From the IMG/VR virus record IMGVR_UViG_3300042542_006078: 64,000 bases of DNA. One strand, 5' to 3'. The translations under genes and the position numbers were made by a program. This stretch comes from a virus. Its lineage: Duplodnaviria; Caudoviricetes. How positions within the stretch are numbered: the first letter of the stretch is position 1; every line of letters begins with the position of its first letter. The notes below the pieces were generated by a model that saw only the letters and a list, made by a program, of their open reading frames with translations, was not told the origin of the DNA and did no database searches. Positions 46,913 through 56,749 of this stretch are shown here, in pieces.

Positions 46913-47584
46913 ATGGTAAAATTAGATATCATAAATTTGCCTTGTAGGGAAATCACCATGACATATTGCAATCCTCCTTCAGGAGGATTTGCTATAGAGA
47001 AGGAAGCAAACAGATTGGTGAATTGGGACCATTGCCGTGAGCAGTTTGCGGTTAGATTTCTTGAAAAAACAGAAGGTTTTTATTTTTGTCATAAAGCATG
47101 TGAAGCTGATAGCGTTACTTGCTTTCTCAATAAATTTGAAAACATACTTTCGACTAGTGAAGGTTGTGATCTAATGGAAAAAACTCAATTTGCTCACACC
47201 AATCAGGAAAAAGTTCTTTATGTGAAACCAAGTTCTTTTTGGAAGGATTGTTTTTTTAAGAGATCATTGTTTACAATATTAGCTCGTTGCTCTCAAAATT
47301 ATTTGCCTCACAAAGACAATTTTGATGAAGCTCTTTTTTCTCCAAACTTCAAAGAATCAACATACACATATGAAACTAAACCTGCTGTATTGAGATTTAT
47401 GTTTGGATTCACCAAGTATACTGGTATATCTCCTGTTACGGCTGAGTCTACAGTTGTCAAGCATGGCTGGAAAGAGGAGTTTTATAAACTTGACGAATCA
47501 GAAATAAGAAATCGCTTAGTTCTGCCAGATGGCGTAAAAAAGAAGTGTAACATTGTTGGATCTGATTCATTGTGGGGGTCATGA
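46913..47584 (+). CDS. hypothetical protein, paralog of 17180-17752
   Basis: KPSSFW..KRSLFTILAR..YLPHKDNFDEA; LRFMFGFTKYTG. Confidence 0.7.
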   Translation: MVKLDIINLPCREITMTYCNPPSGGFAIEKEANRLVNWDHCREQFAVRFLEKTEGFYFCHKACEADSVTCFLNKFENILSTSEGCDLMEKTQFAHTNQEKVLYVKPSSFWKDCFFKRSLFTILARCSQNYLPHKDNFDEALFSPNFKESTYTYETKPAVLRFMFGFTKYTGISPVTAESTVVKHGWKEEFYKLDESEIRNRLVLPDGVKKKCNIVGSDSLWGS

Positions 47585-48371
47585 TATTTTGAGCAACAAA
47601 TGGTTCTTCACAGCAGATTGTCATTTTGGTCATGCAAACATCATCAAATATTGCAAAAGACCATTTATTTCAAACAATGACATGAAAATCTGCGATTTGA
47701 TCAAGAATGGCACCATACCCGCATCTGACTACAAGGTTCCTGAAATTAGCATTGATCTGATGGATAAGACAATTGCTAAAAGCATAAACGAAGTAGTAGG
47801 TAAAAATGACAACTTGGTGATTGTTGGGGATTTCTGTCTCCCTCATGGTGACAAAAATGAAAAATATTATCGTAGCATGATTAATTGCCAAAATGTTTTT
47901 CTAGTTTTGGGCAATCACGATGACAGAGATGCCTGCTCGGATGTTTTCACCGCATGTTACGAAAATTATTTATTCAAGATCGATGGGCAAAAAATATTTG
48001 TCAATCATTATCCAGCTAGATCTTGGAATAAGTCTAGCCAAGGATCATGGATGCTATATGGACATGTTCATGATGCATTTCATGATGAAGACAATGGTAG
48101 TCTTTCAAAACATGATAAACATGTTTTGTCTGAAAGTTTTGCTTCATTGATAAGAAAAAGAGGAATTCAACAGGATGGTCTTCTAGAAGAATTGCTTGAA
48201 ATTGTCGCTTCAATGAACGGTTCTCAATTAACTTTGGATGTAGGTGTCGATAATTTGTTGAGACCAGATTTGCCATTTGGCACTCCTTGGTCAATGTCTG
48301 ATATTAGGTCTTATATGCAAGAGAAAATTCCATTATGGAATGCACGAAAAACTGTTCATAGATTGATTTGA
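47553..48371 (+). CDS. calcineurin-like metallophosphoesterase
   Basis: ADCHFGH, VGDF, LGNHD, NHYP, LYGHVH, DVGVD. Confidence 0.88.
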   Translation: MLDLIHCGGHDILSNKWFFTADCHFGHANIIKYCKRPFISNNDMKICDLIKNGTIPASDYKVPEISIDLMDKTIAKSINEVVGKNDNLVIVGDFCLPHGDKNEKYYRSMINCQNVFLVLGNHDDRDACSDVFTACYENYLFKIDGQKIFVNHYPARSWNKSSQGSWMLYGHVHDAFHDEDNGSLSKHDKHVLSESFASLIRKRGIQQDGLLEELLEIVASMNGSQLTLDVGVDNLLRPDLPFGTPWSMSDIRSYMQEKIPLWNARKTVHRLI

Positions 48372-48482
48372 CATTCTTTTATTTACAACCAATCGAATTC
48401 ATGGTAGTTTGCTCCTGTGTGACAGACACACAGGGATAATGCGACCCTGACACTCGCATTGATTTTGGTGAGGATGATCCAC

Positions 48483-48824
48483 ATGAGGATTTTCGCTGCT
48501 TTCGCTTTGGTTCTTGTTGTAGCTTCCAGCGCACAGGCTAAACCTTTCGGTTTGTTTTCGCCACGAAAGACAACTAACAACAGGCCTGTGGCGAACGCTG
48601 TTAATTTTTCGCTAGGCACCGCTCAGTCTGTTGCCAACCATATGGCCAAAATAGGAAGAATAGGCCATTTTGGCGGCAACCCCTATCCCCGTGAAGGGGT
48701 TGGAATGGGCGCAACTGCACAACAAGCGATTCGTAATTGTTGCTTTTATGGACAATACACCATCAAGGATCAAGGTGTAGCCCAAGGAAATAACGGGATG
48801 TGGTACGCTTGTAATCGATATTGA
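48483..48824 (+). CDS. small secreted protein, CAP/SCP-like
   Basis: Sec signal ending AQA; GHFGG..EGVG.G...NCC..D.GVA..G.WYAC.RY. Confidence 0.55.
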   Translation: MRIFAAFALVLVVASSAQAKPFGLFSPRKTTNNRPVANAVNFSLGTAQSVANHMAKIGRIGHFGGNPYPREGVGMGATAQQAIRNCCFYGQYTIKDQGVAQGNNGMWYACNRY

Positions 48825-48849
48825 TTTAATAGCAGTATAACAATTTCAA

Positions 48850-48881
48850 AAAAAACCGGGACATTTTTGTCCCGGTTTTTT
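48850..48881. terminator. intrinsic terminator
   Basis: AAAAAACCGGGACA-TTTT-TGTCCCGGTTTTTT perfect inverted repeat. Confidence 0.9.
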
Positions 48882-48949
48882 ATTCTACACACTCTGATAA
48901 AATTGATGTCGAGGAATCAACTGCTCGATAATTTACAGGATAAAATTCT

Positions 48950-49750
48950 ATGAATAATAAGTTCCTAATCGGACAACGCCTTGTCTTTCAGAACCAAGAA
49001 GTTTGTGTAATCACACATGATTCGGAAAAAAATAAATACTTTTGTCAGGTAGGAGAGGCTGGTTTGCAAATGTGGATTCCTGAAGATCAACTTCAGGAAG
49101 GATTGCCAGATGGTCCTCCAACTACGCATTTCAATAGGCGAACTCCTCATCTCATGATTGTGGATAGCTTTTATAAAAATCCTGATGAAATTCGCAACTT
49201 CGCTATGCAGCAAGAGTTCGCCTATGATAATCGATTCTATAAGGGACAAAGAACCAAGGAAAGATATCTCTGGCCTTATCTTAAGGAAGAATTTGAAAGA
49301 ATTATTGGAAGACCAATTGTTGACTGGTTAGATCAGCCAGCAAATGGATGTTTCCAAATCACTGGCTTTCAAGACCCCTTGGTTTATCATAGTGATGCTC
49401 AAAGCTATGCCGCTGCAATTTACCTTACTCCATTTGCTCCTCCTTCAGCCGGAACAAGTTTTTGGCGTGATAAGAAGCATCATGTTCGTCGTCCTCCAAA
49501 TCACCCTTTGGAATTTGATAGGTTCTCAAGCGATCAGGAAAGAATTCAAGTTGCAGATGAAGTTTACAATGACTACAACATTCTTCATCCTGATAATTGG
49601 GAATTAGTCGATAGGGTTGGAGCAATCTACAATCGTCTTGCTATTTGGGATGCAAAGATGATCCACTCGGCAAGTACATACGAAGGACTAATTAGCGAAG
49701 TAGTTGATAAGGCAAGATTGGTTCAACTTTTCTTTTTTACTGTTAGATAA
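48950..49750 (+). CDS. DUF6445-like 2OG-Fe(II) oxygenase-fold protein
   Basis: IVDSFYKNPDEIR, LVYHSD, AAAIYLTP..GTSFW, YNRLAIWDAKMIHSA, RLVQLFFF. Confidence 0.7.
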   Translation: MNNKFLIGQRLVFQNQEVCVITHDSEKNKYFCQVGEAGLQMWIPEDQLQEGLPDGPPTTHFNRRTPHLMIVDSFYKNPDEIRNFAMQQEFAYDNRFYKGQRTKERYLWPYLKEEFERIIGRPIVDWLDQPANGCFQITGFQDPLVYHSDAQSYAAAIYLTPFAPPSAGTSFWRDKKHHVRRPPNHPLEFDRFSSDQERIQVADEVYNDYNILHPDNWELVDRVGAIYNRLAIWDAKMIHSASTYEGLISEVVDKARLVQLFFFTVR

Positions 49751-49769
49751 TTGGTATTTTTGAGAAAAT

Positions 49770-49811
49770 ATAGAACCCGCATTCTCTTTTTTTAGAGACT
49801 GCGGGTTCTAT
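49770..49811. terminator. long hairpin / terminator
   Basis: ATAGAACCCGCA/TGCGGGTTCTAT 12-bp outer stem plus an inner TCTC/GAGA stem. Confidence 0.7.
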
Positions 49812-49849
49812 CATATATAAGTTAGTTATATTTTTCTGAGGAGCAAACC

Positions 49850-50581
49850 GTGGAAAATCAGGAAGAAGTTTTAGCACAAGTTAAATTAAACCATGCCAAT
49901 CCTCTTGCCAATAAAAACATTGGCGATACTCCAATCAATTGGGATAGTAGCTCAGGTGATCCAACTGCTGTTGCAAATGCAGAATTTGATGGAACCAACT
50001 TCACAGCTTATTTTGAAAATAATCTAGTAGGAGTTTTTTTAACAGAAGCAACAAGTGACACAAAGGGAAGTATTTATTGGGACAAAACATTTGACTATAC
50101 GAGAAATATACATTTTAGTGGCGTTATTTCTGCTGGCAATGGAGATGGAGCAGACGGCATAACTGTATTTTTTGGTTGTGATAATTCATTGACTTCAAGA
50201 GATGATGCTACAAATGGAATAGCTATTTATTTCGAGGAATATAATGAAGGTAATCTCGTGCAAATTTTTTGGGACGGCAATCAAATTTTTGATGTTTACG
50301 AAGATGTGGGAACAGGAGATTTCAATACAAATTTTTCTTTAGATGATTTAACATGGAGACAATTTGATATTATTTATCAATATGTTGATACCACAAACTC
50401 TTATGTTACTGTTCTACTAAATGGCGTTTTCATTTGTCGTGTCAGAGTGGATGGCGAATGGGTCGAAACCGCTGGATCTATCGTTGGAATTAGTGGCTTC
50501 TGTGGTGCCAGCAATAATGATCATTATTGCAAAAAGTTTCAGGCGAAAAGTGCAAATCCTTGGCTTTTGATTAATGGGTAA
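49850..50581 (+). CDS. L-type lectin-like domain protein (paralog 1)
   Basis: LT......KGSIYW..FDY..F....GDGADGITVFF: legume-lectin-like pattern. Confidence 0.6.
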   Translation: MENQEEVLAQVKLNHANPLANKNIGDTPINWDSSSGDPTAVANAEFDGTNFTAYFENNLVGVFLTEATSDTKGSIYWDKTFDYTRNIHFSGVISAGNGDGADGITVFFGCDNSLTSRDDATNGIAIYFEEYNEGNLVQIFWDGNQIFDVYEDVGTGDFNTNFSLDDLTWRQFDIIYQYVDTTNSYVTVLLNGVFICRVRVDGEWVETAGSIVGISGFCGASNNDHYCKKFQAKSANPWLLING

Positions 50582-50595
50582 AGAAAGAGGTAAAA

Positions 50596-51978
50596 ATGCA
50601 AAACAATAGCGGACCAAAAAAATCTAGAAATCCACTACAACCAGAAGCTCTTGGTGATTCTCCAATAGTTTGGAACAGTGGAATGGGTGATCCAACTTTA
50701 CTTGGAGCCAATCTTAATGGAAATGCGAGTTTCGTTGATGCAGATAAAGGAGTTATACTTTCTACTGATTCGGTAGAAAGTTCAGGAAGTTTGTATTGGC
50801 AAAATAATTTTGATTATGCAAATGATCTCTACATTAAGATGACCATCCATGCTAGCCATATGTCTGGAAGTGGTGGACTTGGATGGACTTTGTTTTTAGG
50901 TTCTGATACAAATTATACATTTATAGATGACGAAACAGGCTCAATAAATGTGTTTTTTGACGATGGTTTTTATGGTAATCCTTTTACCGATGCTGTTAGC
51001 TTGTGGGTTGATGGAACGAAAGTAGGAGGAGAAGGGTCGAATTATTATGTAGTTGATCCTCTCGATAATTCGATCTCAAAAAATGTTGAAGTTTTATTCC
51101 AACATGATAAATCTAATTTTAATTACATAACAGTTTTTATAGATGGTAAATATATTTGCAAAGCAAATTTAGGGACATGGACACCCGGCGGCAACTTTAT
51201 TGGAGTAAGTGCTGCAAGTTCATCTGATTCAGAATATGTCAACAACCATTACATAAAATCCATGGAAGTAAGAAGCATAGTTCCATGGATAAATGTCAAT
51301 TATCCAAAAATTCCAAAGAAAAATGATAAAATTTTTATTCTCATCAATGACACTTATGTTGATTATGTTGCTGAGGGATCTGACTCTGGAAATGAACCAA
51401 ACAATATTATGGCTTACTTAGATGCTAATTCCATAGCTTATGAAACATTTACGGACATATCTGAATTTGGATGGAACGATTTAGTTTATACAGGTAGAGC
51501 TGGTTATGTTATTATTCCCGAACTTGAAGATAGTGATATTCTTCCAGATTTGACTTCAGGTGCTAAAAATAAAATCAACAATTTTGTTTTTTCTGGCGGT
51601 AAACTGTTAATGTTTGCCCCTGATAATGGAGATGTTGTTCCTTTCTTGAACGATATATTTAGCTTTAGTATCATCAGTGGTGGAGAGGGTGGTATTAGCG
51701 AGCCAATAAGCCTCACAGTCGCTGGTTCTGCTCTTTTCCCAAGTGAAAGTGCTACTATTCCAAGTTTAAGTGATACTAGTTTTTTGGACACCTCTACTTT
51801 GCCAGCAGAGTCTGTGACAATTTATGAAGGAAGTGGTCCGAATCAATCTGTAGTAACCATGATTCCATATGGTTCTGGGAAAATATATGTTCTTGGCTGG
51901 GATTGGTTTGATGCTGCGCCGATAGGTCCAGAAGATGGTGGTTGGCTTAATTTGCTTGAATCTATTTTGCAATCTTGA
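50596..51978 (+). CDS. L-type lectin-like domain protein with C-terminal alpha/beta domain (paralog 2)
   Basis: Same lectin motifs; C-terminal FVFSGGKLL..GSGKIYVLGWDW resembles a GATase-like fold. Confidence 0.55.
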   Translation: MQNNSGPKKSRNPLQPEALGDSPIVWNSGMGDPTLLGANLNGNASFVDADKGVILSTDSVESSGSLYWQNNFDYANDLYIKMTIHASHMSGSGGLGWTLFLGSDTNYTFIDDETGSINVFFDDGFYGNPFTDAVSLWVDGTKVGGEGSNYYVVDPLDNSISKNVEVLFQHDKSNFNYITVFIDGKYICKANLGTWTPGGNFIGVSAASSSDSEYVNNHYIKSMEVRSIVPWINVNYPKIPKKNDKIFILINDTYVDYVAEGSDSGNEPNNIMAYLDANSIAYETFTDISEFGWNDLVYTGRAGYVIIPELEDSDILPDLTSGAKNKINNFVFSGGKLLMFAPDNGDVVPFLNDIFSFSIISGGEGGISEPISLTVAGSALFPSESATIPSLSDTSFLDTSTLPAESVTIYEGSGPNQSVVTMIPYGSGKIYVLGWDWFDAAPIGPEDGGWLNLLESILQS

Positions 51979-51986
51979 GGAGTGAA

Positions 51987-52859
51987 ATGTTAAATCTTGA
52001 TGTATCAACGGATAAATTTGCAGATTTGAAAAAACTTTTCAACAATGCTAATGTTCATTATCGAATATTTGGCACAAGCTCTGATGGTTTGACTACCACT
52101 TTGAAATTCAACAAAAAAGTTAATTTTGAAAAAGCCAAAGAAATAATTGATGGAAAAGTAGTTGCCCAAGGTAATCTTATTCATGCAAATCCACTGGGTA
52201 GTATAAACATTGGAGATAATCACATCGATTGGCTTGGAGATATGGGTAGCCCCACTTTGTTTGGTGGCACTGTGAATGGAGATGCTTCATATTTAGACGA
52301 TATTTTTTCTGGTCAGCAAAAAAGGAATTTCGTGCTTCTTACTCCAGACTCAAATAATCAGTTGGGCAGTATTGCTTGGGAAAAAAATTATAATTATTCT
52401 AAAAATATTTTAGTTAAGGCGACAACATACAGTTCGGGTGATAGCGGAGATGGAATAACATTCTTTTTTGGAGCCGATTCAGAGAATCATAGTGGTTCTG
52501 ATGATAATGGAGCCCTTGCTGTTTACATTGATGAATTAAATGACAATACAATTAAAGTTTATATTGCAGGATCTTTACAAACTACATTTTATACAAACCA
52601 AAATTTGGATGATTCAAGAGCAACGAGTTGGATTTTTTTGATAAATTGGGAGTATGATTTTGCAGGCGATCTAAAAGGTTATTTGTCAGTTTACATCAAC
52701 AATTCATTTCAATTGAAAATTGATATCACTTCTTGGGCACAAGAAGGTGGACCATACATTGGCGCTTCTGCTAAAACATCAGCAGGCACAGACAATATTC
52801 ATTCGATAGGTCAATTTCAAGTTATGGGCGCTAATCCATGGCTTGCTATCAACAAGTAA
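51987..52859 (+). CDS. L-type lectin-like domain protein (paralog 3)
   Basis: HANPLG.INIGD, LLTPD..QLGSIAW, GDSGDGITFFFG, ends ANPWLAINK. Confidence 0.6.
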   Translation: MLNLDVSTDKFADLKKLFNNANVHYRIFGTSSDGLTTTLKFNKKVNFEKAKEIIDGKVVAQGNLIHANPLGSINIGDNHIDWLGDMGSPTLFGGTVNGDASYLDDIFSGQQKRNFVLLTPDSNNQLGSIAWEKNYNYSKNILVKATTYSSGDSGDGITFFFGADSENHSGSDDNGALAVYIDELNDNTIKVYIAGSLQTTFYTNQNLDDSRATSWIFLINWEYDFAGDLKGYLSVYINNSFQLKIDITSWAQEGGPYIGASAKTSAGTDNIHSIGQFQVMGANPWLAINK

Positions 52860-52895
52860 AAAAAGTTTGAAAAATTTTATCTATCCAACTGAATG

Positions 52896-52936
52896 AACTG
52901 CTTCCTTGATCGAATTAGATTAGGGAGCAGTTTTTT
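52896..52936 (+). terminator. intrinsic terminator
   Basis: AACTGCTTCCT/AGGGAGCAGTT stem followed by a T run, after the lectin genes. Confidence 0.75.
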
Positions 52937-53135
52937 GGTTTGGAGTGCTAATCATGGCAAAGATCATGTTCTGGATTCATCGTTTTGATTCTGCAAAAAC
53001 GGCTCAAATAATGACCAAGATCTTAAGAAGTAAGCCTTACATCAAGGTTCCCGTGCAGAAATACCGGGATATACAGATATATAATTCAGAGCATTCGTGC
53101 TTCGACTCGCCTATGACAACCAGTCTTATGGACAG

Positions 53136-53612
53136 TTAAATCTTTTGCTCTTCGGAGCTAAAAGAACTGGTCGAGGCGGTCTTTTCTTGATAGTTTCCAA
53201 GAATTGGTAATGTTAGATTTTTATTGTCATTTAGACTCCAAACAACATTCATTAAATTAGATTTTTGTAATGCTATTTCGCATTTGTAGCATGGTTTTGC
53301 TAGTCTGAATTTTCCATGTCTATTTATTTTCATGCTAAGTATTGTTGTTTTTCTGTTGTAATACTTTTCATCAAGTTTGAGGAGAAGATCTGCTTCAGCA
53401 TGAAGGAATGGGTATTTTTTCCAGTGTGCGATATTAAATTTTTGAGCTAATTTATATGCCTTCGCTGACATCATGACGGGATTGTTCTTCCCCATTTCTA
53501 TAATTCTATTTTTTCTTATTGCAAAAGCATAATGAAAACCAGTGCGGCTTTTGTCTTCTCCCCAATCATCCAGCATGAGGCAAACACATTTATGGAGAGT
53601 AGAAGCTTTCAT
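53136..53612 (-). CDS. zinc-dependent nucleoside/nucleotide deaminase
   Basis: Intact LHAE and AKPCYKC motifs. Confidence 0.8.
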   Translation of the reverse strand: MKASTLHKCVCLMLDDWGEDKSRTGFHYAFAIRKNRIIEMGKNNPVMMSAKAYKLAQKFNIAHWKKYPFLHAEADLLLKLDEKYYNRKTTILSMKINRHGKFRLAKPCYKCEIALQKSNLMNVVWSLNDNKNLTLPILGNYQEKTASTSSFSSEEQKI

Positions 53613-53634
53613 GAAAAATTATAACCACATTCAA

Positions 53635-53663
53635 TTGACATAGCCATTACTTATTTGTAAAAT
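53635..53663 (+). promoter_or_regulatory. sigma70-type promoter for the tRNA
   Basis: TTGACA (53635-53640), 17 bp, TAAAAT (53658-53663). Confidence 0.75.
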
Positions 53664-53683
53664 TGAGAAGTCGAAAGACAATT

Positions 53684-53757
53684 GCCCCCGTAACTCAGGT
53701 GAATAGAGTAGCGTTTTTCTAAAGCGCAAGTCGTTGGTTTGAATCCAACCGGGGGTA
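53684..53757 (+). tRNA. tRNA-Arg, anticodon TCT (reads AGA); CCA not encoded
   Basis: Acceptor GCCCCCG/CGGGGGT, D-stem ACTC/GAGT, anticodon stem GCGTT/AGCGC with loop TT-TCT-AA, T-arm GTTGG-TTTGAAT-CCAAC. Confidence 0.92.
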
Positions 53758-53811
53758 TTTTTATTTTTTATCATATGATTTTTTCCATTTTCTTATTGCA
53801 TTGGTGCCATT

Positions 53812-54048
53812 ATGACGGAAGACAATGAAATTGAGAAAACTTACACTGCTGCTGGAGCATTATTTTTGGGATTGATTGGTTTGTTATTTGGATCAATGTT
53901 ATTTGCTTTTCCATTTATGTATTTTTGGAATAATGTTTTGATTGAGGTTTCTACAATTCTCAAAGAAATTAATTATTGGCAAAGTGTTAGCACGATTATT
54001 TTTATTTTCTTTATTGGAAGATTATTTAATTTTTCAGGGAACAAGTGA
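53812..54048 (+). CDS. small membrane protein (2 TM)
   Basis: Two hydrophobic helices. Confidence 0.6.
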   Translation: MTEDNEIEKTYTAAGALFLGLIGLLFGSMLFAFPFMYFWNNVLIEVSTILKEINYWQSVSTIIFIFFIGRLFNFSGNK

Positions 54049-55062
54049 AATAAATTCTTCGTGTTTGTAGTTCTTGAAATCATTCACATATGTTATTCTT
54101 GTTTTGATATCAACTCCCAAAGCATTTTTTACATCTGAAATTAAATTATTTTCATCAAAGTCTTTTGTCTTGATAAGTTGTAGTTCTAGATCATCCAATT
54201 CATGCTGAATGGCTTTGAATCTTGTGATTCCATATTTTTCATAATATGTGATTGAGGCGACAAGTGGCCATTTTTTTCTGCCATCTGGCATTGTGAATAA
54301 ATTTCTAACTCTGCCATGTATCTTGGTTATTGTTTGCAGAGTTCTTCCACAACTGCATTCCCCTAACTCAATCACATCGCCATTTTTATATTTTTTGATA
54401 TAAGGATTTGTGAGTGTTGTTATTATTGCATTTCCTTCATCGTCTGCTTCAACAATTTGATTTTCCATGACATGATAATTTTGAGGATTGTCTGGACAAC
54501 TAATTGCTATTGTTCCGCATTCTTCAGAGGAATACATAGTTCCTCCTAACTCTCCTGTTGATTTTGCATCAATAAAGTTTGTAATTTTTGTTAAATCAAG
54601 CTGCTTGATTATGCTTGGATAAGAGTGTATGTAATGTGGATTTGCGTATTCAAGTAAAGATTGGATTGATGGTATTGGTTCAAATCCTATTTTGTATACG
54701 CTTCCTTGATTGACAAATATTTCTTTTGGAAATCCCCAATCGTGTTCTGTTTCAAAAGACTTATAGACAGGCTTGATTACTGCGATGTTTTTACTGAAAT
54801 CCCATTTTCTCCATTGAATTTCTCGAATATTAGTGGCTATGTACCAGCAATGGTCTGGAATGTATTTTTGTACTATGACAGGTTCACCAGTTGATCCAGA
54901 ACTTCGGCATGAAAACAAGCCTTTTTTCATGGGCATTTTTTGTAATTCTGCTCTTGTTAGAATTGGTAGATTTTTGACTAAATCAAAATTTGGCTTATGT
55001 TTCCATTGAGAATCTTCAAGTAATCGCAAAATGTCTTTTATGATGTCGATGTCTCTTCTCAT
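54034..55062 (-). CDS. phenylacetate-CoA ligase/CapK-like adenylate-forming enzyme
   Basis: SSGSTGEP P-loop, YSSEECG, YKNGD, IHGR. Confidence 0.75.
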   Translation of the reverse strand: MRRDIDIIKDILRLLEDSQWKHKPNFDLVKNLPILTRAELQKMPMKKGLFSCRSSGSTGEPVIVQKYIPDHCWYIATNIREIQWRKWDFSKNIAVIKPVYKSFETEHDWGFPKEIFVNQGSVYKIGFEPIPSIQSLLEYANPHYIHSYPSIIKQLDLTKITNFIDAKSTGELGGTMYSSEECGTIAISCPDNPQNYHVMENQIVEADDEGNAIITTLTNPYIKKYKNGDVIELGECSCGRTLQTITKIHGRVRNLFTMPDGRKKWPLVASITYYEKYGITRFKAIQHELDDLELQLIKTKDFDENNLISDVKNALGVDIKTRITYVNDFKNYKHEEFISLVP

Positions 55063-55511
55063 TGGAATCTCCAGACGAAAAAGTAATATTCTTGAAGGTG
55101 TCTGGTAATATAAGGAGTTATCTTAAATTCTTTGGGTTCTGGGAAATATTCGGCTATTCTCATTTCTGGTTGTTTTCTCTTAAAGCTGCGAACTACAAAA
55201 TTTTTGCAGCATTTTTGTGCCATTTTGAAAACATTCTTGGCCAATTCCTTATTCAGATTAAGGACTCCATCACCAATGATGTTTTGGTAAAATTCTTTGT
55301 TTTCAATCCAGTTTCCCTGAATGACATTTGGCCCCTTGATCCAAGGTTCTAAATCCATTTGTTTATCGGAAATAGTAACAAGTTTTTTTGTACATCCCAA
55401 AAGAAGAGTTGATCCTCCTATTGAATATTCTTGATATATTCTGACATCTTCTTTATTGGGATTGAGTGGGTGTGGCTGAGGTTTTTTCCAGTATTCTTGA
55501 TTTACTTTCAT
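55059..55511 (-). CDS. hypothetical protein (methyltransferase-like remnant)
   Basis: TLLLGCT...D...IIGDGVLN; coupled to the ligase gene. Confidence 0.45.
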   Translation of the reverse strand: MKVNQEYWKKPQPHPLNPNKEDVRIYQEYSIGGSTLLLGCTKKLVTISDKQMDLEPWIKGPNVIQGNWIENKEFYQNIIGDGVLNLNKELAKNVFKMAQKCCKNFVVRSFKRKQPEMRIAEYFPEPKEFKITPYITRHLQEYYFFVWRFQ

Positions 55512-55583
55512 GGTTATTCCAAAATGATTTTTTACATGATATATAAGTATTATAGATCATTATCGCTCTGATCGGAGAAAATT

Positions 55584-56618
55584 ATGCTCAATATTGAAGC
55601 AGTTTTGACAAAATTGAATCTTGGATATCAAACAATCACTGAAAACATTATCAATCCATATTATTTCAGCGACAAACCAGATGATACAGGAGTTAACACC
55701 AACATTGATGATGGTGGCGGCGACATGTATGATGATGGAAATTGCCTAAATACAAATCTAACTCAGCTTTATGCCAATATAGATAATGATGGTGCGGATA
55801 ATGATACTGTTCGTGCTAATTCCATTCCATACACTCATACTGTTGCAGTTGCACAAGGAAGTGGAAATTACACCAATCCTCCCATGGATGGAATAATTGC
55901 CGATGGCAGTTCATATTTTGGTGCTGGGAGCCAATATTTTACAAATATGTATCCAGACATGTTTGTAATGGGAGCAACTGGTATTGATATTGAAGAGTTT
56001 TCAATCACAGGGAATATTGGCGCTGATGAAAATGGTAGTTATGAAGTTAATGTGTTTACTTTGACAAGTAAAGGTCGCCAATTTACATGTTTTAATAAGC
56101 AAGTTTATGACTCTGGCGATCCATCTATCAATCATTTTATTTTTGTACCCGGAAACGGAAGTGGAATTGTTCATCTTTATGATGATAGCAATGATTATGA
56201 TGATCATTGTTTGCAAAATTTAACTGGAATTGATGAAATTTATTTTCTACTAATTGCAAAAGACGAAAACGAATACATGGACAATTCTGAGCGGCAAATT
56301 ATTGCTCAGGCTTTTTTAGATGCTATTGCTGGATCACAAGGATCAAGAGGTCCAACTTATCTTAATCCAAGAATTACATTTAGAGCTAAAACTTATGATG
56401 CCACTACTCTTATGGGGCAATTGCCACCTGATGGCAATATAGAGAACATCATTAATCAGCTTAAGAATAAAACTGTGTTTGTTCCCGGTTGGCCTAATGC
56501 TTTGAAAAATGGAGATACATTTACCCTTCACGGTCAAGCAGCAAGTGATTTGAAAAGAAAACTTCCACAAATCAATTCAGGTGGAACAGTTCTTGAAATT
56601 TTCGATGATTCTAATTGA
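55584..56618 (+). CDS. putative virion structural protein
   Basis: GGAG SD; D/G/N-rich; NPYYF motif parallels the NPL motifs of the lectin paralogs. Confidence 0.55.
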   Translation: MLNIEAVLTKLNLGYQTITENIINPYYFSDKPDDTGVNTNIDDGGGDMYDDGNCLNTNLTQLYANIDNDGADNDTVRANSIPYTHTVAVAQGSGNYTNPPMDGIIADGSSYFGAGSQYFTNMYPDMFVMGATGIDIEEFSITGNIGADENGSYEVNVFTLTSKGRQFTCFNKQVYDSGDPSINHFIFVPGNGSGIVHLYDDSNDYDDHCLQNLTGIDEIYFLLIAKDENEYMDNSERQIIAQAFLDAIAGSQGSRGPTYLNPRITFRAKTYDATTLMGQLPPDGNIENIINQLKNKTVFVPGWPNALKNGDTFTLHGQAASDLKRKLPQINSGGTVLEIFDDSN

Positions 56619-56749
56619 ATATAAATTATAAAAGATAAAATTATCACATTTTTTATTTCTCTTCTTTTTTAAGATATATAATATATTCATAAATTTGAAA
56701 TGAAAAATAAAACTTTGTAAAATTTTATTTTCTGTAGAAAGGTAATTTA

